Part shown: positions 9,420 to 17,762 of the stretch, one piece after another | Layout of the letters: each line of letters begins with the position of its first letter | Position numbering within the stretch: the first letter of the stretch is position 1 | Virus record (IMG/VR): IMGVR_UViG_3300037310_000419 | Span: 1-38,246 of that record | Direction: 5' to 3' (one strand) | Origin: a virus | Taxonomy: Duplodnaviria > Caudoviricetes | DNA: 38,246 bases | The notes under the pieces: model-generated | Databases searched by the model: none | Seen by the model: the letters and a program-made list of their open reading frames with translations, nothing else | What the model was told of the DNA's origin: nothing | Made by a program: the position numbers and the translations under genes

Positions 9420-9737
9420 ATGACAGATACATACCCGCAAATGCACAAAATCAATGAATTGGCTGTCGAGCTTATCAATCAATTGAATATGTACCAAAGC
9501 AATATTTATGCCGAAATCAGCTATGCAGATTACAACGAACAAGGCTATGAGGAACAATGGTACATGCTGAGAGGCTATGACCAAGAAAGCGCCCGAATGA
9601 AAGCGAGTGAGTCCTTAGCCAAATATCACGAAGAGCACGGTCACGAAACACCGTATGATGAGGAACTTAAAACGATAGCCGAGGCGCTTAAAGTCCTGCA
9701 AAAACTTGTGGCAAAGGGTGAGTCAGAAAGCCAATAA
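9420..9737 (+). CDS. Hypothetical protein
   Basis: 105-aa ORF in the operon. Confidence 0.65.
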   Translation: MTDTYPQMHKINELAVELINQLNMYQSNIYAEISYADYNEQGYEEQWYMLRGYDQESARMKASESLAKYHEEHGHETPYDEELKTIAEALKVLQKLVAKGESESQ

Positions 9738-9793
9738 ACCAAGCCAGGGCGGGATCAATCTCGCCCATAGTACCCAATAAGTGAGATTCCATC

Positions 9794-10909
9794 ATGGCAG
9801 CGAAAAAACGATACACAGCAGGCAGCTTGTTTAGTGGTATAGGTGGGATTGATTTAGCCTTTTCATTGGCCGGCTTTGATATTCTCTTCCAAGTGGAAAT
9901 CGACGAGTTTTGCCAGAAAGTTCTAGCCAAGCATAGTAAGGAGTATTGGCCTAATGCAGAAATATTTGCCGATGTTCGAGCCGTTGGGCAGCACAATCTC
10001 CCCACCGTTGATATTCTCTTCGGGGGATTCCCATGCCAGGACATATCCAACGCTGGAAAACGAGAGGGCTTGGTTGCTGGCAAGCGTTCTAGTCTCTGGT
10101 TCGAGTTCGCCAGAATTATTAGCGAGCTTCGACCTGGAATTGTGCTGCTGGAAAATGTCGAAGCAATTACCACGCCACGAAAAAAAGAAGATGGGCAACT
10201 TTCACCGCCAGATATGGCAGTGGTTGTTGATACGCTGGCCTCAATGGGGTACAGCGCGAGATGGGGAATTATCGCGGCTTCTGATGCCGGCGCTCCCCAC
10301 CAAAGAAACCGTTGGTTCTGTTTGGCCCACACCGAACGCAGAGGATTACTATCTGCGGCAACCACCATCAGAAGAGCAAACCCATGTGACAAAATCAGGG
10401 ACATTGAAACTGGATTCGGGGAACAAGTCGCATGTTCGCCTCTCTCAAACAGTGATTTACTACCAGAACAAGAAGGATTGGCACACGCCAATCGCCAACG
10501 ACGCCCTGAAATCAGGGGATATAGAGCAAAAGCGCGAAAACGGCTTATCAGCGCAAGTGCTTTGGGCGTTGCCCAAAGCACGGGACGCAAAAGGTTCATC
10601 AGGCGACCGCTTCCACAATTCTTGTCTTCCCAAGCAAGTGGGCGACAAGGGAGTGAAACAAGAGGCAGCACTAAACCCAGAATGGGTAGAGATGCTTATG
10701 GGATTTCCTCCAAATTGGACGGCGCTGGATTAATGGCGCATCGATGGCCGGCGCGTCCGAACGAGCTACAGCATGATTATGAACCGCCGCGCCTGGTTGG
10801 TGAAATCGTCGATCGACGAAACAGAATTAAGTCTTTGGGCAATGCAGTAGTGCCACAAGTAGTTTATCCAATCGCAATCGAAATAATGAAGCTGCTGGAA
10901 AGAGAGTGA
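9794..10909 (+). CDS. C5 cytosine DNA methyltransferase (large/alpha chain)
   Basis: Motifs I LFSGIGG, IV GGFPCQD, VI ENV, VIII QRNRWF, X LGNAVVP; motif IX absent in frame. Confidence 0.92.
   Translation: MAAKKRYTAGSLFSGIGGIDLAFSLAGFDILFQVEIDEFCQKVLAKHSKEYWPNAEIFADVRAVGQHNLPTVDILFGGFPCQDISNAGKREGLVAGKRSSLWFEFARIISELRPGIVLLENVEAITTPRKKEDGQLSPPDMAVVVDTLASMGYSARWGIIAASDAGAPHQRNRWFCLAHTERRGLLSAATTIRRANPCDKIRDIETGFGEQVACSPLSNSDLLPEQEGLAHANRQRRPEIRGYRAKARKRLISASALGVAQSTGRKRFIRRPLPQFLSSQASGRQGSETRGSTKPRMGRDAYGISSKLDGAGLMAHRWPARPNELQHDYEPPRLVGEIVDRRNRIKSLGNAVVPQVVYPIAIEIMKLLERE
9954..10733 (+). CDS. Nested +1-frame ORF: C5-MTase small/beta chain (TRD-like repeats plus motif IX)
   Basis: WPTP/WHTP/WALP repeats and LNPEWVEMLMGFPPNWT; true start uncertain (for example ATG 10284). 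Confidence 0.72.
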   Translation: MQKYLPMFEPLGSTISPPLIFSSGDSHARTYPTLENERAWLLASVLVSGSSSPELLASFDLELCCWKMSKQLPRHEKKKMGNFHRQIWQWLLIRWPQWGTARDGELSRLLMPALPTKETVGSVWPTPNAEDYYLRQPPSEEQTHVTKSGTLKLDSGNKSHVRLSQTVIYYQNKKDWHTPIANDALKSGDIEQKRENGLSAQVLWALPKARDAKGSSGDRFHNSCLPKQVGDKGVKQEAALNPEWVEMLMGFPPNWTALD

Positions 10910-10916
10910 GGGCAGG

Positions 10917-11147
10917 ATGTTAAAACTTTCAAAGGCACAACTAAGAGCCTTAAGGCTTGCCGCTAAATACGGCATTGTCGATACGCTTTCAATCGGCGGG
11001 AATACAGGCAAATCTCTGTACAAGAAGGGCTTGTTTATTCGTCACGATAGCGGTGATGATGTCAGCACATTCTCTTACGAATTAACTGATAAGGGCTTGG
11101 CTCTGGCAAAAGAACACGGTTTTCATCTCGAAAAGGTGAGAGAGTGA
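10917..11147 (+). CDS. Small winged-helix-like protein
   Basis: LSKAQLRAL...LYKKGL...YELTDKG. Confidence 0.6.
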   Translation: MLKLSKAQLRALRLAAKYGIVDTLSIGGNTGKSLYKKGLFIRHDSGDDVSTFSYELTDKGLALAKEHGFHLEKVRE

Positions 11148-11154
11148 GGGCAGG

Positions 11155-11415
11155 ATGGCGATTGACTACAGAACATGGGCGCAAAACATGCAGAAATTAG
11201 CCTCATGCAATACCTTTGGAAAACGAATGTATTGGAAGCGAGTAGAAAAGAGTATAACCCTGATTGAACTCAGTCTCGCTACTGCGATTCCAGTTGGACA
11301 TCTTTTCCACATCGAGCGGGACGATGAACCTCAAAATGTGCTTGATATGAATGTCAGCAGTTATATTAGTTTGGAGCAGGCAAAAGAGCGTATTGAAAAG
11401 GCTCTAAATACTTAG
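11155..11415 (+). CDS. Small protein, possible XRE-type HTH
   Basis: FGKRM..KRVEKSITLIELS.ATAIPVGHLFHIER. Confidence 0.55.
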   Translation: MAIDYRTWAQNMQKLASCNTFGKRMYWKRVEKSITLIELSLATAIPVGHLFHIERDDEPQNVLDMNVSSYISLEQAKERIEKALNT

Positions 11416-11509
11416 AGAGCGGGAAGGGAATTTATTGGGCATAAACCAAATTTCAACCAATGCCCTAAAACATCCGTGCTAAAATCCATCAAAAAAACAA
11501 GGATGGATT

Positions 11510-11689
11510 ATGAACGAAGAAGAACTTCAAGCTTGTCTCAATTGGCTTTGCGCGAAGCTTACCATATCCAACGGCCTATTCTGTTTAAGCACCGATTACA
11601 GCCATGAGCAGCCTGTATATTTCGGCTCAGACATTGACAAGCTGCTGGAAATAGCGCTCGAAGATTATGCCGATTGGGATGAAAGCTGA
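11510..11689 (+). CDS. Hypothetical protein (59 aa)
   Basis: AAGGA upstream; MNEEELQACLNWLC...DWDES. Confidence 0.5.
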   Translation: MNEEELQACLNWLCAKLTISNGLFCLSTDYSHEQPVYFGSDIDKLLEIALEDYADWDES

Positions 11690-11711
11690 TTTCACCTTAT
11701 AAGGAGATTTT

Positions 11712-11966
11712 ATGGAAGAATATCCAAATCTTGTGCTAAAAGCATATGTACAAACGGAAAAACCAAAGGCCGATGTTTTGATTATCGGATTCATGCCATC
11801 AACAGAATCTGCTATTTTTATCAACGGGGAAAAGTATATCAATTTTGAGGCATTAAACAGCATAGGTTTGATGATTCGAAACTGTCAGCCAGATAGCGTA
11901 ATTGAAATCAGACTTTCAAACAACACGAAGCGCTTTTACTTCGATGGCATGATTATAATACTCTAA
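11712..11966 (+). CDS. Hypothetical protein
   Basis: AAGGAG RBS. Confidence 0.7.
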   Translation: MEEYPNLVLKAYVQTEKPKADVLIIGFMPSTESAIFINGEKYINFEALNSIGLMIRNCQPDSVIEIRLSNNTKRFYFDGMIIIL

Positions 11967-11968
11967 CT

Positions 11969-12004
11969 AAAAAAAACCTCTCCGTTCTGGAGAGGGGATT
12001 TTTT
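11969..12004. terminator. Bidirectional intrinsic terminator
   Basis: A-run, CCTCTCC-GTTCT-GGAGAGG, T-run, between the convergent arms. Confidence 0.8.
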
Positions 12005-12016
12005 GAATCGTGACAA

Positions 12017-12475
12017 TTATCCTGGATTCCCAGCGCTGGCGAACGGCTCATCATCTGCTGGATGAGGCTTACTCGCCTTCGGCACGCCATCGCTGGCTTC
12101 TTCAATGAAATCATCGGCTTTCTCAAGTGCCTCGAAAACAATTTTAGGCAACACGCCCTTGCTTACAGCCGCAATCACATCCAGTGCCTTATCCAACGTT
12201 CGCACAATATCTTTCGTGCCATTGGATGAAGCATCGTAGCGTTTTTCCAGAATCGTCATAATTTTTTCGTTTGCCGTCAGCCAGTTCAGCACGCCCAGCA
12301 ATCCGCCAATGCCGCCGAACAAACCAACACCGAAAGCCACCAGCACAACAACAGCGACAGCCGTTTCATTGAAGCCATCGCCGCTGTTCACAATATCTTC
12401 CTCTTGTGCCAGCGCTGGAAAAATCAGCAGCAGCACAACCAAAAATGTCAGCAAAACTCTCATCAACTGCTTCAT
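12017..12475 (-). CDS. Membrane protein (signal peptide plus TM helix), putative lysis gene
   Basis: PALAQ signal-like site, hydrophobic helix; end of the late arm. Confidence 0.55.
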   Translation of the reverse strand: MKQLMRVLLTFLVVLLLIFPALAQEEDIVNSGDGFNETAVAVVVLVAFGVGLFGGIGGLLGVLNWLTANEKIMTILEKRYDASSNGTKDIVRTLDKALDVIAAVSKGVLPKIVFEALEKADDFIEEASDGVPKASKPHPADDEPFASAGNPG

Positions 12476-12879
12476 GGAATCACCTTCTTCTCTTCTAAAA
12501 TTTTGTGCAAGCGCTTCAGATAACTCTCAATCGAAACGAGCTTCTTATGGCTTTTCTCGCCCGATTGCCCCAGACCTACCGTGTTTTGCAAAGTCGCCTG
12601 TGTTGTCGCATCAATCCGAACAAGACTGTTTTTATACAAATCAATCAATTCTTTGTGGAATGTTTCAGTCTTATCGTTGTTTTTCTGGAATAAGTTGCGC
12701 CACTGTGCCATTTCATCCATAAAGCGTAGCAGCGTGGCATTATCTTGGTTCGTATTTTTGCTCATCGAGAGCATCACGCCCAGACTTCCCCAGACAATCC
12801 GCGCCATTGCATAAGCGAACACGGCCCAAACCAACCAATTCTCTTGTGGATTCTCCAGAGCCAATCGAAGCCATTCCAT
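12472..12879 (-). CDS. Holin-like membrane protein with coiled-coil tail
   Basis: N-terminal TM segment, charged C-terminus. Confidence 0.5.
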   Translation of the reverse strand: MEWLRLALENPQENWLVWAVFAYAMARIVWGSLGVMLSMSKNTNQDNATLLRFMDEMAQWRNLFQKNNDKTETFHKELIDLYKNSLVRIDATTQATLQNTVGLGQSGEKSHKKLVSIESYLKRLHKILEEKKVIP

Positions 12880-12945
12880 CAGCGCCGCCCATTAAACGAA
12901 AACGCCCCAAACGGAGCGCTCTTTTTTCTTATTATATTTTTGAGG

Positions 12946-13101
12946 TCAATTAATAAAATGCAAAAATGCTTCCCACGCAAAATACAGAATGATGAGAACG
13001 ATTGGAATAAGAATCACCCAACCCATTTTCACTTCTTCTGACTTGGCTTTCTTCGGCTTGTAACCAAGTATTTCGCGCTTATTTTTGAAAAATGGCAGCA
13101 T
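12946..13101 (-). CDS. Small membrane protein (51 aa)
   Basis: MLPFFKNK...MGWVILIPIVLIILYFAWEAFLHFIN. Confidence 0.5.
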   Translation of the reverse strand: MLPFFKNKREILGYKPKKAKSEEVKMGWVILIPIVLIILYFAWEAFLHFIN

Positions 13102-13103
13102 GG

Positions 13104-13514
13104 CTAATCAATGCTCTCTTTAATATATTCCCCGATAATATCACCAATATGCTGTTCAAGCCAGAAAGCCATGGGCCCCATGAAAGGCCGCGCCTCCATC
13201 TTGCTCGTGCCATATTCCAGATCGGGGCCATAAATCGAGCCGCTTCGGATTACCCAGACAAAGGTTTTTTCCTGCTGAACATTGATATTATTGACCAGAT
13301 TCCCCGTATCAATTCGCGGAGGATTGCCAGGCGAAGAGGCGGTATGATTACCATAGCTAATCCCATCAGCAGGCGATTCGCTGCTACTTCGCTTTACATA
13401 TCCCTCGCCCTCACGAGCCGCCGCCGCAATCCCATTTCCAACCGCTTGCGGCATTTTCTGGATTAATTCAGGAAAATCGTTCCGTGTTACCTTTACGTAT
13501 CTGTTTGTCGCCAT
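13104..13514 (-). CDS. HK97 gp10-family tail completion/neck protein
   Basis: PRIDTGNL..., LEYGTSKMEARPFMGP. Confidence 0.88.
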   Translation of the reverse strand: MATNRYVKVTRNDFPELIQKMPQAVGNGIAAAAREGEGYVKRSSSESPADGISYGNHTASSPGNPPRIDTGNLVNNINVQQEKTFVWVIRSGSIYGPDLEYGTSKMEARPFMGPMAFWLEQHIGDIIGEYIKESID

Positions 13515-13530
13515 CTCATTCTTCCTTAAA

Positions 13531-13576
13531 TCTCCCTCTCCCAGCGCAGCGTTCGGGAGAGGGTAGGGGTGAGGGC
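13531..13576 (+). repeat. REP-like hairpin plus G-rich repeat R3
   Basis: CTCCCTCTCCCAGCGCAGCGTTCGGGAGAGGGTAGGGGTGAGGGC, abutting the stop of the 13577 gene. Confidence 0.8.
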
Positions 13577-13954
13577 TTAATTCCCCTCATCCTTAGTCGC
13601 CAGAACAGCACGCCTCACGCCGCTGGCACTCTGCCCCCGAAATATCTGTAGGCATTCATATGTTTTGCTGGAGATGCTGAGTCTGTCGCCATCCCGCAAA
13701 TCAGCATTATAAGGAATGCTCAGTTGGTAGTAAGTCTTTCCCACCTCAGCATCAGCAATAATCCCGGCAGAATCATCCCGACTGATGCTGTCCACGCGGC
13801 AAACCACAGTTCCAACATTGCTCCATGTCGGATCATGCCCACCATAAAGCCCAGTTCCCGCCGATGCCCGTTGAATAATCGCCGTGCCTGGCAGCAGTTG
13901 ATAAACATCATCTCGCAGTGCCGCCAATTCAGCGTCTGTTAGGAATCCTGTCAT
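13577..13954 (-). CDS. Head closure/head-tail adaptor (SPP1 gp16-like)
   Basis: YGGHDPTW, DLRDGDRL..SKTYE pattern; position before gp10. Confidence 0.72.
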   Translation of the reverse strand: MTGFLTDAELAALRDDVYQLLPGTAIIQRASAGTGLYGGHDPTWSNVGTVVCRVDSISRDDSAGIIADAEVGKTYYQLSIPYNADLRDGDRLSISSKTYECLQIFRGQSASGVRRAVLATKDEGN

Positions 13955-14547
13955 CTCAAATCACTCCGTAGCTGTCGGCCTTTCCCGAAGCCCACTTTGC
14001 CGATTTTGGCCTTTTTCAGCATATCCTTCGCTCGTGCCATGTACATCGCATGAAGCTGTGAACGTTTCAGATTGTGATTATCCGTCTCAACATCAAAGCG
14101 CTCCGCAACATGCGCCGCCTTTTTCTCCCAAACCTCAGCAGCAGCCCGATACAAGTCGAAGGAATAATAACTCAGATAACGCGCCTCGCCTTCCGTATTC
14201 GCGTTAAACGTGATTCGCCTCTGCTTATAATTCACGCTGTAAGTCGCCGTGCCGATTGCCGAACCATCGCCATCTTGCACGAGCCAGATACTTGTGCCAC
14301 TGGGAGCTTCTTCGGGATACGTTTCCTTAAATTGATAATTCACATAAATCGCGGAGCCGCCCGTTTGCCATTCTCTCTCAGATGCCAGCAATTCACGCTG
14401 GATTCGCATCGAATATTTATCCAGCACCTCCTGAAGCTGCTCGTCAGTCCAGTAGGAAACGCCGCCAGCCGTGTAATCTGCTGTGCCAACATTACAATTT
14501 GAACGCATCTCCGTGATGAGATTGCTCATTCCCGTTCGCGCTGCCAT
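13951..14547 (-). CDS. Head-tail connector/adaptor
   Basis: WTDEQLQEVLD...DLYRAAAEVWEKKAA; synteny. Confidence 0.6.
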   Translation of the reverse strand: MAARTGMSNLITEMRSNCNVGTADYTAGGVSYWTDEQLQEVLDKYSMRIQRELLASEREWQTGGSAIYVNYQFKETYPEEAPSGTSIWLVQDGDGSAIGTATYSVNYKQRRITFNANTEGEARYLSYYSFDLYRAAAEVWEKKAAHVAERFDVETDNHNLKRSQLHAMYMARAKDMLKKAKIGKVGFGKGRQLRSDLR

Positions 14548-14550
14548 AGC

Positions 14551-14865
14551 TCACCATTTCCAGTCTAAATCTTCCCAAAAACCCTTGTTTGGGTTGATAA
14601 ACCATTGCGATTTATGAACTTGTTTCCCACTGCCAGAAAAGCCATTCCAGCCAAATGTAGCCGCGCAATTGAAAATATTCACAGTCTCATTTGCTTTTGG
14701 CTGATGTGCAAGCACGATTGCCATCGCCCGAAATCGTTCATTCGCGTTCTCAACCCGCGCTCTCAAAGCATCAAGCGATGCCACACCAACAAAATCGCCA
14801 GATCGAACCAATCGCTCTTTGCGTGAGCCATCATAATCCTTGATGCAAAGCCAGAACATTACCAT
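14551..14865 (-). CDS. Hypothetical protein
   Basis: Tight operon packing. Confidence 0.6.
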   Translation of the reverse strand: MVMFWLCIKDYDGSRKERLVRSGDFVGVASLDALRARVENANERFRAMAIVLAHQPKANETVNIFNCAATFGWNGFSGSGKQVHKSQWFINPNKGFWEDLDWKW

Positions 14866-15794
14866 CGCTCCCCGCTGGCGACACGATTCAGCGCCTTCTC
14901 AACACCATCCACCATCTTCGCCAGACTATGCTCATCAGCAACCCATTCGCGCATTTTCTTCGCATCAAGCCATTGCACATCGTTTGCAGCATCCAGCATT
15001 TCAGCCACATCCGCGCAAATAAAGCCCGAAACGCAGTCCTTTACGTGCGAAGCGTTTCCGCTTGTTTTCCAATCCAGCACAATCGAAGGACAGCCGCACG
15101 CAGCAGCTTCCAGCAAAACCCGCCCACCAGCATCAACCCGTGCTGGATGAACAAGCGCCTTCGCCGTATGCAGCAAATCATAAAACCGTGCCTTTTCATG
15201 GATTTCGCCGCGCCAATTCGGAACATTTTCCGTTGTCAGCAACTGCCCGAAGAAGAAAAATTCTTCGCCGCGCGGCAATCGCTGAAAGAATTCCAGCGCC
15301 AAATCATACCCCTTTTGCGGATGGATTTTCGCAGCATACATCCAGAATCGCCGTGCCTTAGCCGAACCATCGAGGCCAACAGGATGAGGGATAGCATCAA
15401 TATCAATTCCAACCCTCACAATTTCGCCGCCATAGCGCGATTGCATCACCTCAGTCCCTGAAATCGTGTTGGGGGGGCGAAACTTACATTCCCAATCCAT
15501 CATAAAATTGACGATTTTCCCAAAATCAGGCTTTTCGTAACTCACCTGATGGGTATGGCTGCAATCTAACCAGGCATCCACGCTTTGGGTATCCAGCATC
15601 GCAGCGCGGCTGATTTCATCCTGAGCCGTGACAATTGTCACGCCATCGAGCGCCGAACCCTGCCCCGCGTGCAAAATAATCTCGTGGCCTTTGGCTTTCA
15701 ACCCCTTTGCCAAATCAATCACGAGCCGCCCCAAACCATGACTGCCACTGTCAACAGTCGCCATCCGCGTATCGCTCAAAATCCCGATTTTCAT
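14859..15794 (-). CDS. Glycosyltransferase family 4 (GT-B)
   Basis: HGLGR..GHEI, HPQKG, DAGGRVLLEAAACGCP. Confidence 0.88.
   Translation of the reverse strand: MKIGILSDTRMATVDSGSHGLGRLVIDLAKGLKAKGHEIILHAGQGSALDGVTIVTAQDEISRAAMLDTQSVDAWLDCSHTHQVSYEKPDFGKIVNFMMDWECKFRPPNTISGTEVMQSRYGGEIVRVGIDIDAIPHPVGLDGSAKARRFWMYAAKIHPQKGYDLALEFFQRLPRGEEFFFFGQLLTTENVPNWRGEIHEKARFYDLLHTAKALVHPARVDAGGRVLLEAAACGCPSIVLDWKTSGNASHVKDCVSGFICADVAEMLDAANDVQWLDAKKMREWVADEHSLAKMVDGVEKALNRVASGERW
15627..15642. promoter_or_regulatory. 16-bp palindrome CGTGACAATTGTCACG, copy 2
   Basis: Perfect copy inside the glycosyltransferase gene. Confidence 0.7.
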
Positions 15795-17242
15795 TTTCCT
15801 ACATCCTCAGCCGTTTCAAGATTTTTATCCCATCCCGAACGCAACTCATCAAGCCACTTATTATCTACTAAGAGTTCGGCATCCTGAACACATTTAGTGC
15901 TGCAATAAATCCCTCCGATGATTCTCGATACAGCGGCAGAAGGTTCAGTAGAAATTTTTCCACAATGGCTGCAAGTCCATTCGCGCTTTTTGCTCCCTTC
16001 CTCATCGCTATGGGGAAGGGTTGGGGATGGGGGTAAAACATGGAGCGCCAACCGTGCCTCTTTGCGCCGTTTTTCTTCATCCCGATTTCGCGCAGCCTTG
16101 AAAATCGCTGGCCTCATGTATTTTTCCCAAACCAACTGGGCGTCATACTGCATAGCGAATTCTCGTGCCGTATCGCGCATCGCCTGGTTATTCTTCGTTT
16201 CCAATGCCGCTTCCAATCCCTTGAAAATCAGCGAAGGCCGAATCCGCGCTTGTTCACTGCCTTGCAGCGTAAATTCCATATCATCGAAGGGGTCTACTTC
16301 CAGTCGCCAACCAGAGCCGCAAAGTTCCCGTTGGGCGCTAAAATCCGAAACAATCACAGGGCATCCAGCCGCTTGCGCCTCAATCACAGGAATGCCAAAG
16401 CCTTCCCCGCGAGATGGAGCCAGCAGCACATCAGCAGCGTTGTAAAGCGTGTTCATCGTGTCAGGCGAATACTGATTCATCATGTAGCGATAATCGTCTG
16501 GCAAACGAACATGCTCCGAACTAACCCCATGAAACGCCATCAATTGAGGAATATCAAGCCCATGGTTGCCAGGGGTATCAAACGGCTGAGTATGAAGATG
16601 CAAAATGCTTTTCGGATATTTCTTGACGAACGCCGCCCACGCCTTAATCACTTCGGGGATGCTCTTCCTGTTGGGAAAACCCTTATTCGCTGCCACCATC
16701 GCCACAGCAAAGGTATCCTTATCAATACTCAGCTTGCGCCGCGCTTCTTCCCTGTCGATTGGCTTGAAAATACCGGTATCCACGCCATGAGGAACATAAT
16801 CCGCGAAAATCCCCGCGTTGTGCATTTCCTTCAGCCCGAATTTGCTCATTGCCCAGATACTTTTGCAGAAATGCAGCCGTGCCTTCACACTGGGCGTAAT
16901 CGGGCTATGGTCAATCGGCACCCAAAACGTAGCATCCGCCGCCTTAATCGAATTCGCCGAAAGCACCCAAATATCCTGCAAACAAATATAAATATCGGGC
17001 CTGTGCATTTGGGCATGAGCCGCCATCAAATCATCACCATAAGCATGAAAGCCACTGGGCAAAATTGTCAGATCTGCTTGCGGCCTCAACATCGCCCCGT
17101 GCAAGCCATAATGCGCGGCGATAATCACGCCATGCCCATCAGCAATCATCTTCTTTGTGAAAATATCCGTTTGGTTTCCGTATCCGCTCGGTGCCCAGGG
17201 CGCGTTCGATTGCCACAAAATCTTTAATTTGCGTTCTTCCAT
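15791..17242 (-). CDS. Glycosyltransferase family 4 with C-terminal Cys4 zinc finger
   Basis: PSGYG, VPHGVD, PSRGEGFGIPVIEAQAAGCPVI; CSHC...YCSTKC; AAGGA RBS favours ATG 17242. Confidence 0.92.
   Translation of the reverse strand: MEERKLKILWQSNAPWAPSGYGNQTDIFTKKMIADGHGVIIAAHYGLHGAMLRPQADLTILPSGFHAYGDDLMAAHAQMHRPDIYICLQDIWVLSANSIKAADATFWVPIDHSPITPSVKARLHFCKSIWAMSKFGLKEMHNAGIFADYVPHGVDTGIFKPIDREEARRKLSIDKDTFAVAMVAANKGFPNRKSIPEVIKAWAAFVKKYPKSILHLHTQPFDTPGNHGLDIPQLMAFHGVSSEHVRLPDDYRYMMNQYSPDTMNTLYNAADVLLAPSRGEGFGIPVIEAQAAGCPVIVSDFSAQRELCGSGWRLEVDPFDDMEFTLQGSEQARIRPSLIFKGLEAALETKNNQAMRDTAREFAMQYDAQLVWEKYMRPAIFKAARNRDEEKRRKEARLALHVLPPSPTLPHSDEEGSKKREWTCSHCGKISTEPSAAVSRIIGGIYCSTKCVQDAELLVDNKWLDELRSGWDKNLETAEDVGK
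15993..16033 (+). repeat. REP-like hairpin plus G-rich repeat R4 (in-frame in the glycosyltransferase)
   Basis: CTCCCTTCCTCATCGCTATGGGGAAGGGTTGGGGATGGGGG. Confidence 0.7.
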
Positions 17243-17298
17243 GCTCAAATCCTTACATTTTCATCTATCTTTATTGTATGGGGATTGAAAAGGGGAAT

Positions 17299-17324
17299 AA
17301 AAAAAGCCCCTGCAAAGGCAGGGG
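17299..17324 (-). terminator. Intrinsic terminator after the capsid/decoration genes
   Basis: CCCCTGC-AAAG-GCAGGGG stem with U-tract on the minus strand. Confidence 0.8.
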
Positions 17325-17352
17325 ATTTCACTCAAAATCATTCGAATCTGGA

Positions 17353-17751
17353 TTACTTGCCCAGCACGTAATCCACCTGTAGCTGATAGCGGTCTCCCGA
17401 CTGCCAGCCACCGCCGACTTCGGTACCAAGCCAAACCAACCATTCACCCTCATCAAGCTGAGCCTGGCTTGCGTTCACGGTAAAAGCCGTTGGCACATCC
17501 GCCGCGATACCTGTTCCCAGCGCGTTCGTAACCGTGCCGCCGCTCTGGACAGCCGTTCCCGCCGTGCCGTAGTTCAGAAGCTGGAAGGTGATACCCGTTC
17601 CCGCCGCCTGAGCATTTTCGCCTACATAGTAAGCGCCAATCACAGTCGCCGCAGCCGGCATCCTCATAAGCTGATAAACATCGTTGCCAGCAGGGTCAGT
17701 TTCGATATTCAGCAACGCCGTGTGCTTAATCAATCCACCAAAAGCGCCCAT
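17353..17751 (-). CDS. Putative capsid decoration protein
   Basis: Small Gly/Ala/Thr-rich beta-type protein directly after the major capsid gene. Confidence 0.55.
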   Translation of the reverse strand: MGAFGGLIKHTALLNIETDPAGNDVYQLMRMPAAATVIGAYYVGENAQAAGTGITFQLLNYGTAGTAVQSGGTVTNALGTGIAADVPTAFTVNASQAQLDEGEWLVWLGTEVGGGWQSGDRYQLQVDYVLGK

Positions 17752-17762
17752 TTCGCACCTTC

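Noticed and set aside
16040-17227. Long antisense ORFs (also 9688-10671 and 30202-31134)
   Set aside because: Shadow frames of well-supported genes, with no recognisable motifs
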